Both the position numbers and the translations under genes were made by a program. From positions 1-36,779 of the IMG/VR virus record IMGVR_UViG_3300000116_000001: a DNA stretch of 36,779 bases; one strand, given 5' to 3'. This document shows positions 25,301-31,824 of this stretch, in pieces. Under the pieces are notes generated by a model, which was not told the origin of the DNA, searched no databases, and was given only the letters and a program-made list of their open reading frames with translations. The DNA comes from a virus. Every line of letters begins with the position of its first letter. The first letter of the stretch is position 1.

Positions 25301-25461
25301 ATGAAGAACAGGAACAAGATGCTATGAGTATATTACTAAGCAGTGGTGCAAAGATATGCAAAGAGCAACCAGTAAAAGGTGCCGTATTCATGACACTAGA
25401 ACCAACGGAGGATAAGAAAGATGATGTTACTAACGAAAGCGATCAAGAAAAAACTGATTGA
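25291..25461 (+). CDS. Hypothetical acidic 56-aa protein (below the track cutoff)
   Basis: My translation: MYVDEEQEQDAMSILLSSGAKICKEQPVKGAVFMTLEPTEDKKDDVTNESDQEKTD. A GGAGG SD lies 7 nt upstream. It overlaps the next gene by 41 nt. Confidence 0.4.
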   Translation: MYVDEEQEQDAMSILLSSGAKICKEQPVKGAVFMTLEPTEDKKDDVTNESDQEKTD

Positions 25462-25762
25462 CAATCATCATAAGACTAGAACAGAGGGTGCAGAATCCTC
25501 ACACAATGCAGTAGTGCATTTGTTTAATCCATATGGTAGAGGTGACTGGTACCTAAGTGAGTTAGATCCAGAAACTAACATTGCATTTGGTGTATGTTGT
25601 ATTGATTATGCTGAGTTCGGTGATGTGTCAATGGATGAAATAGAAAGCTTAAAAATTGGACCGTTAAATATAGGTATAGAAAGAGAGTACTCTTTTCCTA
25701 CCAACAAGCATAACTTAGGATGGTGCATGGACTATGCTAAACAACAAAGAGGATATCAATAG
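25421..25762 (+). CDS. DUF2958-like protein
   Basis: 113 aa. VVHLFNPYGRGDWYLSELDPETNIAFGVCCIDYAEFGDVSMDEIESLKIGPLNIGIEREYSFPT fits the DUF2958 consensus as I recall it (KFF-P-g-WyltE-D...FG...ElGyvsl-EL...iERD-f-P). It has a GGAGG SD. Confidence 0.65.
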   Translation: MMLLTKAIKKKLIDNHHKTRTEGAESSHNAVVHLFNPYGRGDWYLSELDPETNIAFGVCCIDYAEFGDVSMDEIESLKIGPLNIGIEREYSFPTNKHNLGWCMDYAKQQRGYQ

Positions 25763-25795
25763 TTCGGTAACATAGTGAGATTCTTGAGCCGAACG

Positions 25796-25837
25796 GGATA
25801 GATAGGTAATAAGTGAGAGTTAAACGCTTATCTATCC
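25796..25837 (+). terminator. Stem-loop closing the second early transcription block (possible terminator or processing site)
   Basis: An 11-bp stem, GGATAGATAGG (25796-25806) / CTTATCTATCC (25827-25837), with one G-U pair and a 20-nt loop. It is followed by TTAACTAATT, which is only moderately U-rich. A weaker 6-bp hairpin lies at 25762-25794. Confidence 0.35.
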
Positions 25838-25843
25838 TTAACT

Positions 25844-25866
25844 AATTAACTTGGAGATATATTATG
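25844..25866 (+). repeat. 23-nt gene-junction / translation-initiation repeat, copy 1 (aattaacttggagatatattATG)
   Basis: Identical to 26073-26095. A degenerate third copy, aacttggagaaacattATG, lies at 26397-26415. acttggagg also precedes the ATG at 25291. Confidence 0.85.
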
Positions 25867-26061
25867 GACATAGATGAATGGATAGGAATAACAACGCCTA
25901 AAGGTGAAAGCATAGACATAAGTATTAATGCTGAAGATGATGATGAAATTAGAATAGTTTTTTATAGTATCAAAACTTTTCCTGATGGTAGGAAACAGAC
26001 AGGAGACCAGTTTGATACGATAACGATTAATAAATTAACAGGAATTCTAGTATTCAAATAG
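25864..26061 (+). CDS. Hypothetical acidic 65-aa protein
   Basis: The ATG is embedded in the conserved junction repeat, which carries a GGAG SD. Confidence 0.6.
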   Translation: MDIDEWIGITTPKGESIDISINAEDDDEIRIVFYSIKTFPDGRKQTGDQFDTITINKLTGILVFK

Positions 26062-26072
26062 ATTTAAAAGTA

Positions 26073-26095
26073 AATTAACTTGGAGATATATTATG
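26073..26095 (+). repeat. 23-nt gene-junction repeat, copy 2
   Basis: Exact match to 25844-25866, ending at the ATG of the next gene. Confidence 0.85.
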
Positions 26096-26386
26096 CAAGA
26101 GGGAACAATAAGAATAATAGATTATAAAGTACGAGGCTGTCCAGTTAGGACAGTATGTAAGTTTTTTGGTGTAGATAAACATGGGAATAGCACATGGTTA
26201 TTAGATACTAAGAGTGATATCTATAATAACTATCACAACTATACATCTAAGTATGAAGACTACTTAAGCCACCGCCATCACAAGGCAAGCATAAGAAGAA
26301 ACTTTAGACTAGCAATGGAACAAGTACTTATTAAAACTATCGATGAATATTTATCTACTGTTAAAGGACAGCTAGATTTATTGTAA
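26093..26386 (+). CDS. Hypothetical 97-aa protein
   Basis: The ATG is embedded in junction repeat copy 2. Confidence 0.6.
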   Translation: MQEGTIRIIDYKVRGCPVRTVCKFFGVDKHGNSTWLLDTKSDIYNNYHNYTSKYEDYLSHRHHKASIRRNFRLAMEQVLIKTIDEYLSTVKGQLDLL

Positions 26387-26412
26387 ACAACTAACAAACT
26401 TGGAGAAACATT

Positions 26413-26997
26413 ATGCCAAACTGGTGTGAAAACAACGTGACTATAGGTCACAAACTTAAACGTAAACTAATACCTTTAGCTAAAGAGTGTATGAAAGATA
26501 AACATAACCTGTTCAATCTTATCATGCCTCAACCAGACTGGATGACTACACCTAATGACAAGGGTGAGCTACCAAAACTAAAGGATATTAAAAATAAAAA
26601 AGGTGAACTCATTATGAAAATCAAGGAGTTTCCAGATGGTACTCAAGACGATAGATGGTATGACTGGAGGTGCAATAACTGGGGTACTAAGTGGGAAGTC
26701 AATGAGTTTTATCAAGACTCATTTCCTATTGACTATCACGGTGCAGACAAAGCAGATATAAATCGTAGTTATAATTACGAACTAGACATAGGCTTTGACT
26801 CAGCATGGTCGCCACCATTAGGTATCTATGCAGCGTTAGTTGAGCAAGGGTTTTATGTTTGTGCTAACTACATGGAGGGAGGCATGGGATATATTGGTGA
26901 ATGGTTGAACGGTAATGATTCATGTTTTGATTTCGATGAGAAAAATTTACCAAAGCAATTCAAAGAACAAGTACAACAATGGAGGGCGGAAGACTAA
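26413..26997 (+). CDS. DUF1281 / Api92-like ferredoxin-fold protein
   Basis: 194 aa. The landmark motifs are MPNWCENNVTI at the N-terminus, NNWGTKWEV, FDSAWSPPLGIY and NYMEGGMGYIGEW. These are the landmarks of the DUF1281/Api92-like family as I recall them. Confidence 0.65.
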   Translation: MPNWCENNVTIGHKLKRKLIPLAKECMKDKHNLFNLIMPQPDWMTTPNDKGELPKLKDIKNKKGELIMKIKEFPDGTQDDRWYDWRCNNWGTKWEVNEFYQDSFPIDYHGADKADINRSYNYELDIGFDSAWSPPLGIYAALVEQGFYVCANYMEGGMGYIGEWLNGNDSCFDFDEKNLPKQFKEQVQQWRAED

Positions 26998-27018
26998 CAT
27001 ATTAATAGGAGAATATCT

Positions 27019-27192
27019 ATGTATAACAATGACTTATACCATTACATATACAATTTAGAAGAACAAAAATTAGGTAGACGTGATATAATAAAGAACATTG
27101 CAAGCTATTTAAATACAAGTACAACGACTGCAAATCTTTTGTACGATAATTTTAAAGTCATGCTTGCTCTTACTGGAGAACACATACAATGA
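27019..27192 (+). CDS. Hypothetical 57-aa protein, possible small HTH (below the track cutoff)
   Basis: My translation: MYNNDLYHYIYNLEEQKLGRRDIIKNIASYLNTSTTTANLLYDNFKVMLALTGEHIQ. An AGGAG SD lies 7 nt upstream, and the stop overlaps the next start (ATGA). Confidence 0.5.
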   Translation: MYNNDLYHYIYNLEEQKLGRRDIIKNIASYLNTSTTTANLLYDNFKVMLALTGEHIQ

Positions 27193-27518
27193 GTCAAACC
27201 AAAATGAATGAGGACTACTGTCCTTCACAAAAAACAATCGATAAAATGATTGGTCAATACCCTGGAGTAAACATAAATTATGAACAAGAAAAATTTGTTG
27301 ATCACTACATCAGCACTGGTGACACTAGAGAGAATTGGGATGCAGCTTTCAGAAACTGGATCAGACGCGCTGATGAGTACAGCTCAAAGCAAACAAGCAA
27401 TCATGTTGCAACAAGTACCAATGCAATTCAGACACGAAAAGGTAGTCTCTATCGTGTTGCGAAGCAAGGAAATACAAACGATGATGGGCAAATCAAACGA
27501 TTTCCCAAATCAAAATGA
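27189..27518 (+). CDS. Hypothetical protein, possible replication-initiation helper (DnaT-like motif)
   Basis: 109 aa. PSQKTIDKMIGQYPG...EQEKFVDHYISTGDTRENWDAAFRNWIRRADEY resembles the F-x-yw...W-x-F-x-W pattern of DnaT-type or replication-associated phage proteins. The functional call is weak. Confidence 0.5.
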   Translation: MSQTKMNEDYCPSQKTIDKMIGQYPGVNINYEQEKFVDHYISTGDTRENWDAAFRNWIRRADEYSSKQTSNHVATSTNAIQTRKGSLYRVAKQGNTNDDGQIKRFPKSK

Positions 27519-27891
27519 CATAGATGAGTTTGCCCCAGACATTCTAAATATTTTTTCTATGTATATGAAACGTTGTACTCGTGAAGATGTAGCTGTTTGT
27601 TTAGAAAGAATTGCAGCAACATTTCAAATCAAAGTACCAGATGATACAGGTCTTAGAGAATACTTTGATATTCTTTCTGTATATCCTAGCTTTGTGCTTG
27701 AGTATTGTACTGATTCCCTACTAGTAGAATATCAATACCCTAGACTTCCAGTACCTAAAGACTTTATTGATAGGTGTGAGCCATACTATCAAGAACATTT
27801 GAAATGGCTTATCAATACTGTAAGAGACTTTCGTTTATTAGAAATTTTTAAACAAGGTGACATGAAAGTTAACAATAAATATTTGAGGTAA
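27481..27891 (+). CDS. Hypothetical 136-aa protein (ORF open from 27280; start uncertain)
   Basis: The ORF track gives 27280..27891, which would overlap the previous gene by 239 nt. ATG-ATG at 27481 has an AAGGA about 10 nt upstream and cuts the overlap to 38 nt. Confidence 0.5.
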   Translation: MMGKSNDFPNQNDIDEFAPDILNIFSMYMKRCTREDVAVCLERIAATFQIKVPDDTGLREYFDILSVYPSFVLEYCTDSLLVEYQYPRLPVPKDFIDRCEPYYQEHLKWLINTVRDFRLLEIFKQGDMKVNNKYLR

Positions 27892-27895
27892 TAAT

Positions 27896-28693
27896 ATGCT
27901 AACACAACAACAACAACAAGAAAGAAACAAAGGACTGGGAGGTAGTGACAGCAATAGAATCATGCGAGGTGATTGGCTTGATGTATACAAAGAGAAGAGA
28001 GGAGAGGCTGAGCCTGCTAACTTAGATCACATGTTAAATGTGCAGATAGGTATAGCTACTGAGTCAGTTAACTTAGATTTTTTAGAAAGAGAACTAGGTG
28101 AAAAAATGGTAAGAGATGTAACCGTAAAAACAAACAATCATATCATGTCTCATCTTGATGGCATGACTGTTGATAGCAGAGTACCAGTAGAAGCCAAGCA
28201 TACATATGAGGGTAATACTATGGAGGTAGTAGCAGAAACTAATTACCCTCAGCTACAACATTACATGATGCACACAGGTAAAACTCACATACACTTGTCT
28301 GTAATTTTTGGTAACAGAAGATGGGAGCAAGCAATAATAGATGCTGACTATACCTATCAACAAAAGCTTGAAAAAGTATTAGCTTATCTTTGGGATTGTA
28401 TACAGACAGGTACAACACCAATCAGTCTTGACTTACCAAGCACACCACCTAAAGAAGAAATTAAACTTAACGGTATGGTAAAGAAAGACATGAGTCACAC
28501 AAGAGAATGGATTGATTTAGCTAAGGAGTTTTATAATTATAAACCGATGGCTAAACATTTCGATGAATGCAAGAAAGCAATCAAGGATCTAGTATCTGAT
28601 GATTGCCGTGAGGCAAGAGGCAATGGGGTTGTGGTAACGCGCAACAAGAAAAATATTTTAACTATAAAAGAGGAGAAGAAAACTGATGAGTAA
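27896..28693 (+). CDS. YqaJ-type (lambda Exo-like, PD-(D/E)XK) recombination exonuclease
   Basis: 265 aa with GLGGSDSNRIM near the N-terminus, then HLDGMT...VPVEAKHT (D...E-x-K) and YPQLQHYMMHTG. This is the usual YqaJ motif order. Confidence 0.75.
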   Translation: MLTQQQQQERNKGLGGSDSNRIMRGDWLDVYKEKRGEAEPANLDHMLNVQIGIATESVNLDFLERELGEKMVRDVTVKTNNHIMSHLDGMTVDSRVPVEAKHTYEGNTMEVVAETNYPQLQHYMMHTGKTHIHLSVIFGNRRWEQAIIDADYTYQQKLEKVLAYLWDCIQTGTTPISLDLPSTPPKEEIKLNGMVKKDMSHTREWIDLAKEFYNYKPMAKHFDECKKAIKDLVSDDCREARGNGVVVTRNKKNILTIKEEKKTDE

Positions 28694-29141
28694 TTATACA
28701 GAAGAGTTAATTGAAAAATTTAAAACCAAATATAATCTAAAAGGAGAAGACTTCTGGGATTTAAAGAGAGGTAAGAAACCTGTTTGGATTATTAAACACA
28801 ACGCTCTTGAAAGAATAGCAATGCAAGACAAGATAACATGGCAGCTAAATGTACTTAGCTTTGCCCCAGATGTTCTAGTAAAATGTGTAGCTACAAAAGA
28901 TGAAGTGAAAGTAGAATCATTAGGAGAATCATCTCCTAAAAATACAATGAACCAATATCCATATGCAATGGCAGAGAAGAGAGCAGTCGATAGATGTATC
29001 TTGAAACTGTTGAATGCACATGCGTTTTTGTATTCAGAGTCAGAAGCTGATGACTTCAAAGAACCCGTGGGTAACAGTGTAAAAGCTGGTGCTCATGATA
29101 AATTAAATAAAATAGGAGACAAAATAAATGTCAGTAAATAA
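28686..29141 (+). CDS. Putative single-strand annealing protein (Rad52/Sak-like), partner of the exonuclease
   Basis: 151 aa, overlapping the exonuclease gene by 8 nt. YPYAMAEKRAVDRCILKLL resembles the A-x-KRA helix of Rad52-type annealases. It occupies the syntenic exo-annealase-SSB position. Confidence 0.4.
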   Translation: MSNYTEELIEKFKTKYNLKGEDFWDLKRGKKPVWIIKHNALERIAMQDKITWQLNVLSFAPDVLVKCVATKDEVKVESLGESSPKNTMNQYPYAMAEKRAVDRCILKLLNAHAFLYSESEADDFKEPVGNSVKAGAHDKLNKIGDKINVSK

Positions 29142-29349
29142 AATAAAAGAAGATAAGTATACTTATTATAATCCAGTAAATAAAAAAGAGGAGGATGTAA
29201 GTAGTATTACTTATCACATGGTGCGACTTATGTTCGGTGGTCAGTTAGGTCTAATAAGAAAACAAATGTTAGAACTAAAAACTTTAGAACTTGAGATTGA
29301 AGAAGAAATAAAAGCAATAGAATTGCTACATGAGGAGGAAAAAATATAA
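29128..29349 (+). CDS. Hypothetical 73-aa protein with a coiled-coil C-terminus
   Basis: Overlaps its neighbours by 14 nt and 1 nt. The tail reads LELKTLELEIEEEIKAIELLHEEEKI. Confidence 0.55.
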   Translation: MSVNKIKEDKYTYYNPVNKKEEDVSSITYHMVRLMFGGQLGLIRKQMLELKTLELEIEEEIKAIELLHEEEKI

Positions 29350-29765
29350 TGGCAAATGATTTAAACAGACTGTGTTTAATTGGTAGGCTTGGCAAGGATG
29401 CCGAGCTTGACACTACACAAGCGGGTAAACAATATATGAAATTTAGTTTAGCAACTAACAGAAAGAAAGGACAAGAAGAAGTAACCGAGTGGCATAACAT
29501 AACAGTATGGAATGAGAAATTGGTTGAACACTTACATCCTTATCTAACCAAAGGTAAACAAATATATCTTGAGGGTTTAGTTACTTCATGGAAGAAAGAA
29601 GATGGTAACACCGTACCTTTTGTTGAAGTAAGTTATGGTCACAACATTCAATTACTAGGTAGTAAGAATGATGCGCCAGCTCAAGTGCCAGAAGAACCTA
29701 GTAAGGGCGGTAGTGTTTTAGATAAACCAGCAGCCAGACCTGACGATGATGGCGTGCCTTGGTAG
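29349..29765 (+). CDS. ssb: Single-stranded DNA-binding protein
   Basis: 138 aa. The OB-fold start is NRLCLIGRLGKDAELDTTQAGKQYMKFSLATN...EWHNITVWNEKL. The acidic C-terminal tip is DDDGVPW. Confidence 0.88.
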   Translation: MANDLNRLCLIGRLGKDAELDTTQAGKQYMKFSLATNRKKGQEEVTEWHNITVWNEKLVEHLHPYLTKGKQIYLEGLVTSWKKEDGNTVPFVEVSYGHNIQLLGSKNDAPAQVPEEPSKGGSVLDKPAARPDDDGVPW

Positions 29766-30085
29766 TGGGTAAGAAAAAACCAAACAAAAAAATGCTGGAA
29801 CTGTATAGGATACAGAAAGAATATGGCTGTGTCCTATGCAAAAAATTAGAGACAAGACAGACAACCCATACTGAGATACATCATCTTAGAAAAGGTATGG
29901 GTATGTCACAGCGTGGTGTAATGTGCATTCCTTTATGTGTGTTTCATCATAGAGAACATGGACATGGATATCATGGTCTTGGTCGAAGAGCATTTGAAGC
30001 TAAGTATAATTGCACAGAAGAAGAGTTACTATCTGCTTATGAGGTAGGCTCTGACAATTACATTAATTGGGACTCTCTTAGTTAG
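29759..30085 (+). CDS. HNH nuclease of the Ref/DUF968 type (recombination-enhancement-like)
   Basis: The Cys/His array is CVLCKK...HTEIHHLRKGMGMSQRG...CIPLCVFHHREHGHGYHGLGRRAFEAKY. The start is ambiguous: TTG 29759, GTG 29765 or ATG 29792 (MLELYR...). None has a clear SD. Confidence 0.55.
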   Translation: MVVGKKKPNKKMLELYRIQKEYGCVLCKKLETRQTTHTEIHHLRKGMGMSQRGVMCIPLCVFHHREHGHGYHGLGRRAFEAKYNCTEEELLSAYEVGSDNYINWDSLS

Positions 30086-30305
30086 AAAGAGGGTTGTCGC
30101 TTCGAGCTTTGATGATTGCTATCTCAGCTTTAAGCACTGCTATCTCACCTTGGTTGACAGCTATATTAGCAACTAAAGGTTTAATGTCTGGGGCTGACAT
30201 GGACTCAATCACTTCCAGTCTATTCATTACACTACCAACAGCCATTAACATACCAGCTAATGTAGTTGCAATTCCTAATCCTACTCCCCAGCTTTTAATA
30301 TCCAT
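30078..30305 (-). CDS. Last late gene: 75-aa membrane protein (one N-terminal TM plus an amphipathic coiled-coil tail; holin- or spanin-like)
   Basis: ATG with a GAGAGGA SD 7 nt upstream, overlapping the upstream gene by 11 nt. The TM segment is WGVGLGIATTLAGMLMAVGSVM, followed by GEIAVLKAEIAIIKA. The mirror + ORF (30094..30321) has only a TTG start. Confidence 0.55.
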   Translation of the reverse strand: MDIKSWGVGLGIATTLAGMLMAVGSVMNRLEVIESMSAPDIKPLVANIAVNQGEIAVLKAEIAIIKARSDNPLSN

Positions 30306-31824
30306 TTATAATCCTCTCTAGTTCTAGTTGTGCTTTAATCTTATCACCAACAGCTTGATCAATTTTTTCTTGATACTTGTATAGCTTGTCACGGTTGATG
30401 TAACTAATTTCTTTATATATATTTCTATTGTCAACATAATCTCTGGACTCATAGCTGCCTCCATTAATATTTAATTGATCCTTAAATATATTTTGATTTA
30501 CATTACCATAAGAGTCAATAGATACTGATGATTGCATAGCCTTAGCTACTAAAATATTTACTTGAACAATCTTCTGGCTAACACTGGCTGTAGTCTTAGC
30601 TACCTCAGCACGTATATCTTCTATCGAAACAGAGACAGTATCTTCTCTAGTAGTTTCTTCAGACCGCTCTTCTGAAATGCTATCTTGTCTGAGGGCGAGG
30701 GTTTCATTGTCTCCACTTCCTCTGTCATTTGTTTCACTTCGGGTAACAGTCGTGCTTTCTTGATTCTCGGTTTGTCTTCCAGACTTTCCAGTAATTCTTT
30801 CTTCGTCTTCTCTTGGTGGACTACCATTTCCTGTTCTAGTATCCTCGACTCCATTGACTTCTTCACTTTCTCCTCCGCTAACCTCTTGTTGTATAGGCTC
30901 TGGCTCAGTGATTCCGCCAAGGTCTGAGGTTTGGATGTCGGTCTCCCGTTCTTGGAAGACTTCTTCTTCAAATGCAATGTCTTCTCGTTGGATTGGAATT
31001 TCTTTTGCGACTTCGATTTCTGTTGAGAATGATTCGATGTTCTCTTGATTGTCATAGTTTATTGTCTCCATGAATACATCAATGATCCCTGTATTAATTT
31101 CCTCTACCGCCTGTGGCTCAAAGTTAATCTCTTCAAGCATGGTAAATTCTATTGTCGGTTCATTAAATGTTTCAAAGTTAAATTCTTCTGGGATATATTC
31201 TATAATTTCTATATCCTCTACCACATTATATACTGTTTCACTCATAGTCTTCAACTCAGCTACCTGTGTAGTATTTAATAAACTGTATTCTACAGTAAGT
31301 GTAGGGTTCTTTAAGTCTATGGCTCTGTGTAAAGCAGACTGAGATGACTCGGTGAAATCAAACCTAGCCTTAATTGTATAGTCATTCTGATTGTTGATAC
31401 CCTGTGTATAACTATCTGTATATGTTGAGTAACTGCTACAGTTATATCCACTACAACCAGGTATAGCTACATCTCTTATCTGTGTAGTAACTGTACCATC
31501 TGCACCAGTTATAGTCTGAGTCATTTTAATTTCTTGGTCGTATTGATTCCAGCCCCACATGTCAGCACCAAAGGTAGATGTCCAACCACCATTAATTTGT
31601 GATTGATTGAGTGTATCTCCTAGTGTGATTGTATTCTCTATGAAATCTCCATGAACAGCAGCAACCGTACTGTTGCCATGATTGTGAGATGGATCGTTAC
31701 AGTTCCAGCCACCATGTCCTTGATTGTTGTTAAAGAATTGTTGAGGTAATAGATTGCCAGTAGTTTCAGCAAACAAAGAAGTTGAAGCTATAAGTAGAAA
31801 AAAAATTTTAGCTATTTGTTCCAA
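30295..31824 (-). CDS. Secreted 509-aa protein with a hyper-acidic low-complexity core
   Basis: Signal-peptide-like MEQIAKIFFLLIASTSLFA/ETT. A Cys/Trp/His-containing N-domain is followed by an E/T/I-rich stretch and a C-terminal coiled-coil-like tail. It overlaps both neighbouring genes. Confidence 0.6.
   Translation of the reverse strand: MEQIAKIFFLLIASTSLFAETTGNLLPQQFFNNNQGHGGWNCNDPSHNHGNSTVAAVHGDFIENTITLGDTLNQSQINGGWTSTFGADMWGWNQYDQEIKMTQTITGADGTVTTQIRDVAIPGCSGYNCSSYSTYTDSYTQGINNQNDYTIKARFDFTESSQSALHRAIDLKNPTLTVEYSLLNTTQVAELKTMSETVYNVVEDIEIIEYIPEEFNFETFNEPTIEFTMLEEINFEPQAVEEINTGIIDVFMETINYDNQENIESFSTEIEVAKEIPIQREDIAFEEEVFQERETDIQTSDLGGITEPEPIQQEVSGGESEEVNGVEDTRTGNGSPPREDEERITGKSGRQTENQESTTVTRSETNDRGSGDNETLALRQDSISEERSEETTREDTVSVSIEDIRAEVAKTTASVSQKIVQVNILVAKAMQSSVSIDSYGNVNQNIFKDQLNINGGSYESRDYVDNRNIYKEISYINRDKLYKYQEKIDQAVGDKIKAQLELERIINGY

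Noticed and set aside
28694-29059. 121-aa minus-strand ORF antisense to the putative annealase gene; likewise 24692..24886 and 24849..25034 (-), 28239..28421 (-) and 29228..29500 (-).
   Set aside because: They are embedded antisense in the plus-strand early operon, whose genes have SDs and coupled starts. They have no signals of their own.
29801-29815. The hairpin ctgtat-agg-atacag, followed on the minus strand by T-runs (29771-29791), as a terminator for the late arm.
   Set aside because: The stem is only 6 AT-rich bp with a 3-nt loop. The T-run starts about 9 nt after the stem. The element lies about 270 nt beyond the last late gene, inside the Ref-like coding sequence. This is too weak to call.
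30621-31055. Alternative-frame ORFs (144 aa on minus; 80 aa and 64 aa on plus) within the 509-aa gene.
   Set aside because: Purine-rich, low-complexity (GAA-type) DNA is open in several frames. The K/S-rich product is the frame-shifted image of the E-rich region. There are no independent start signals.
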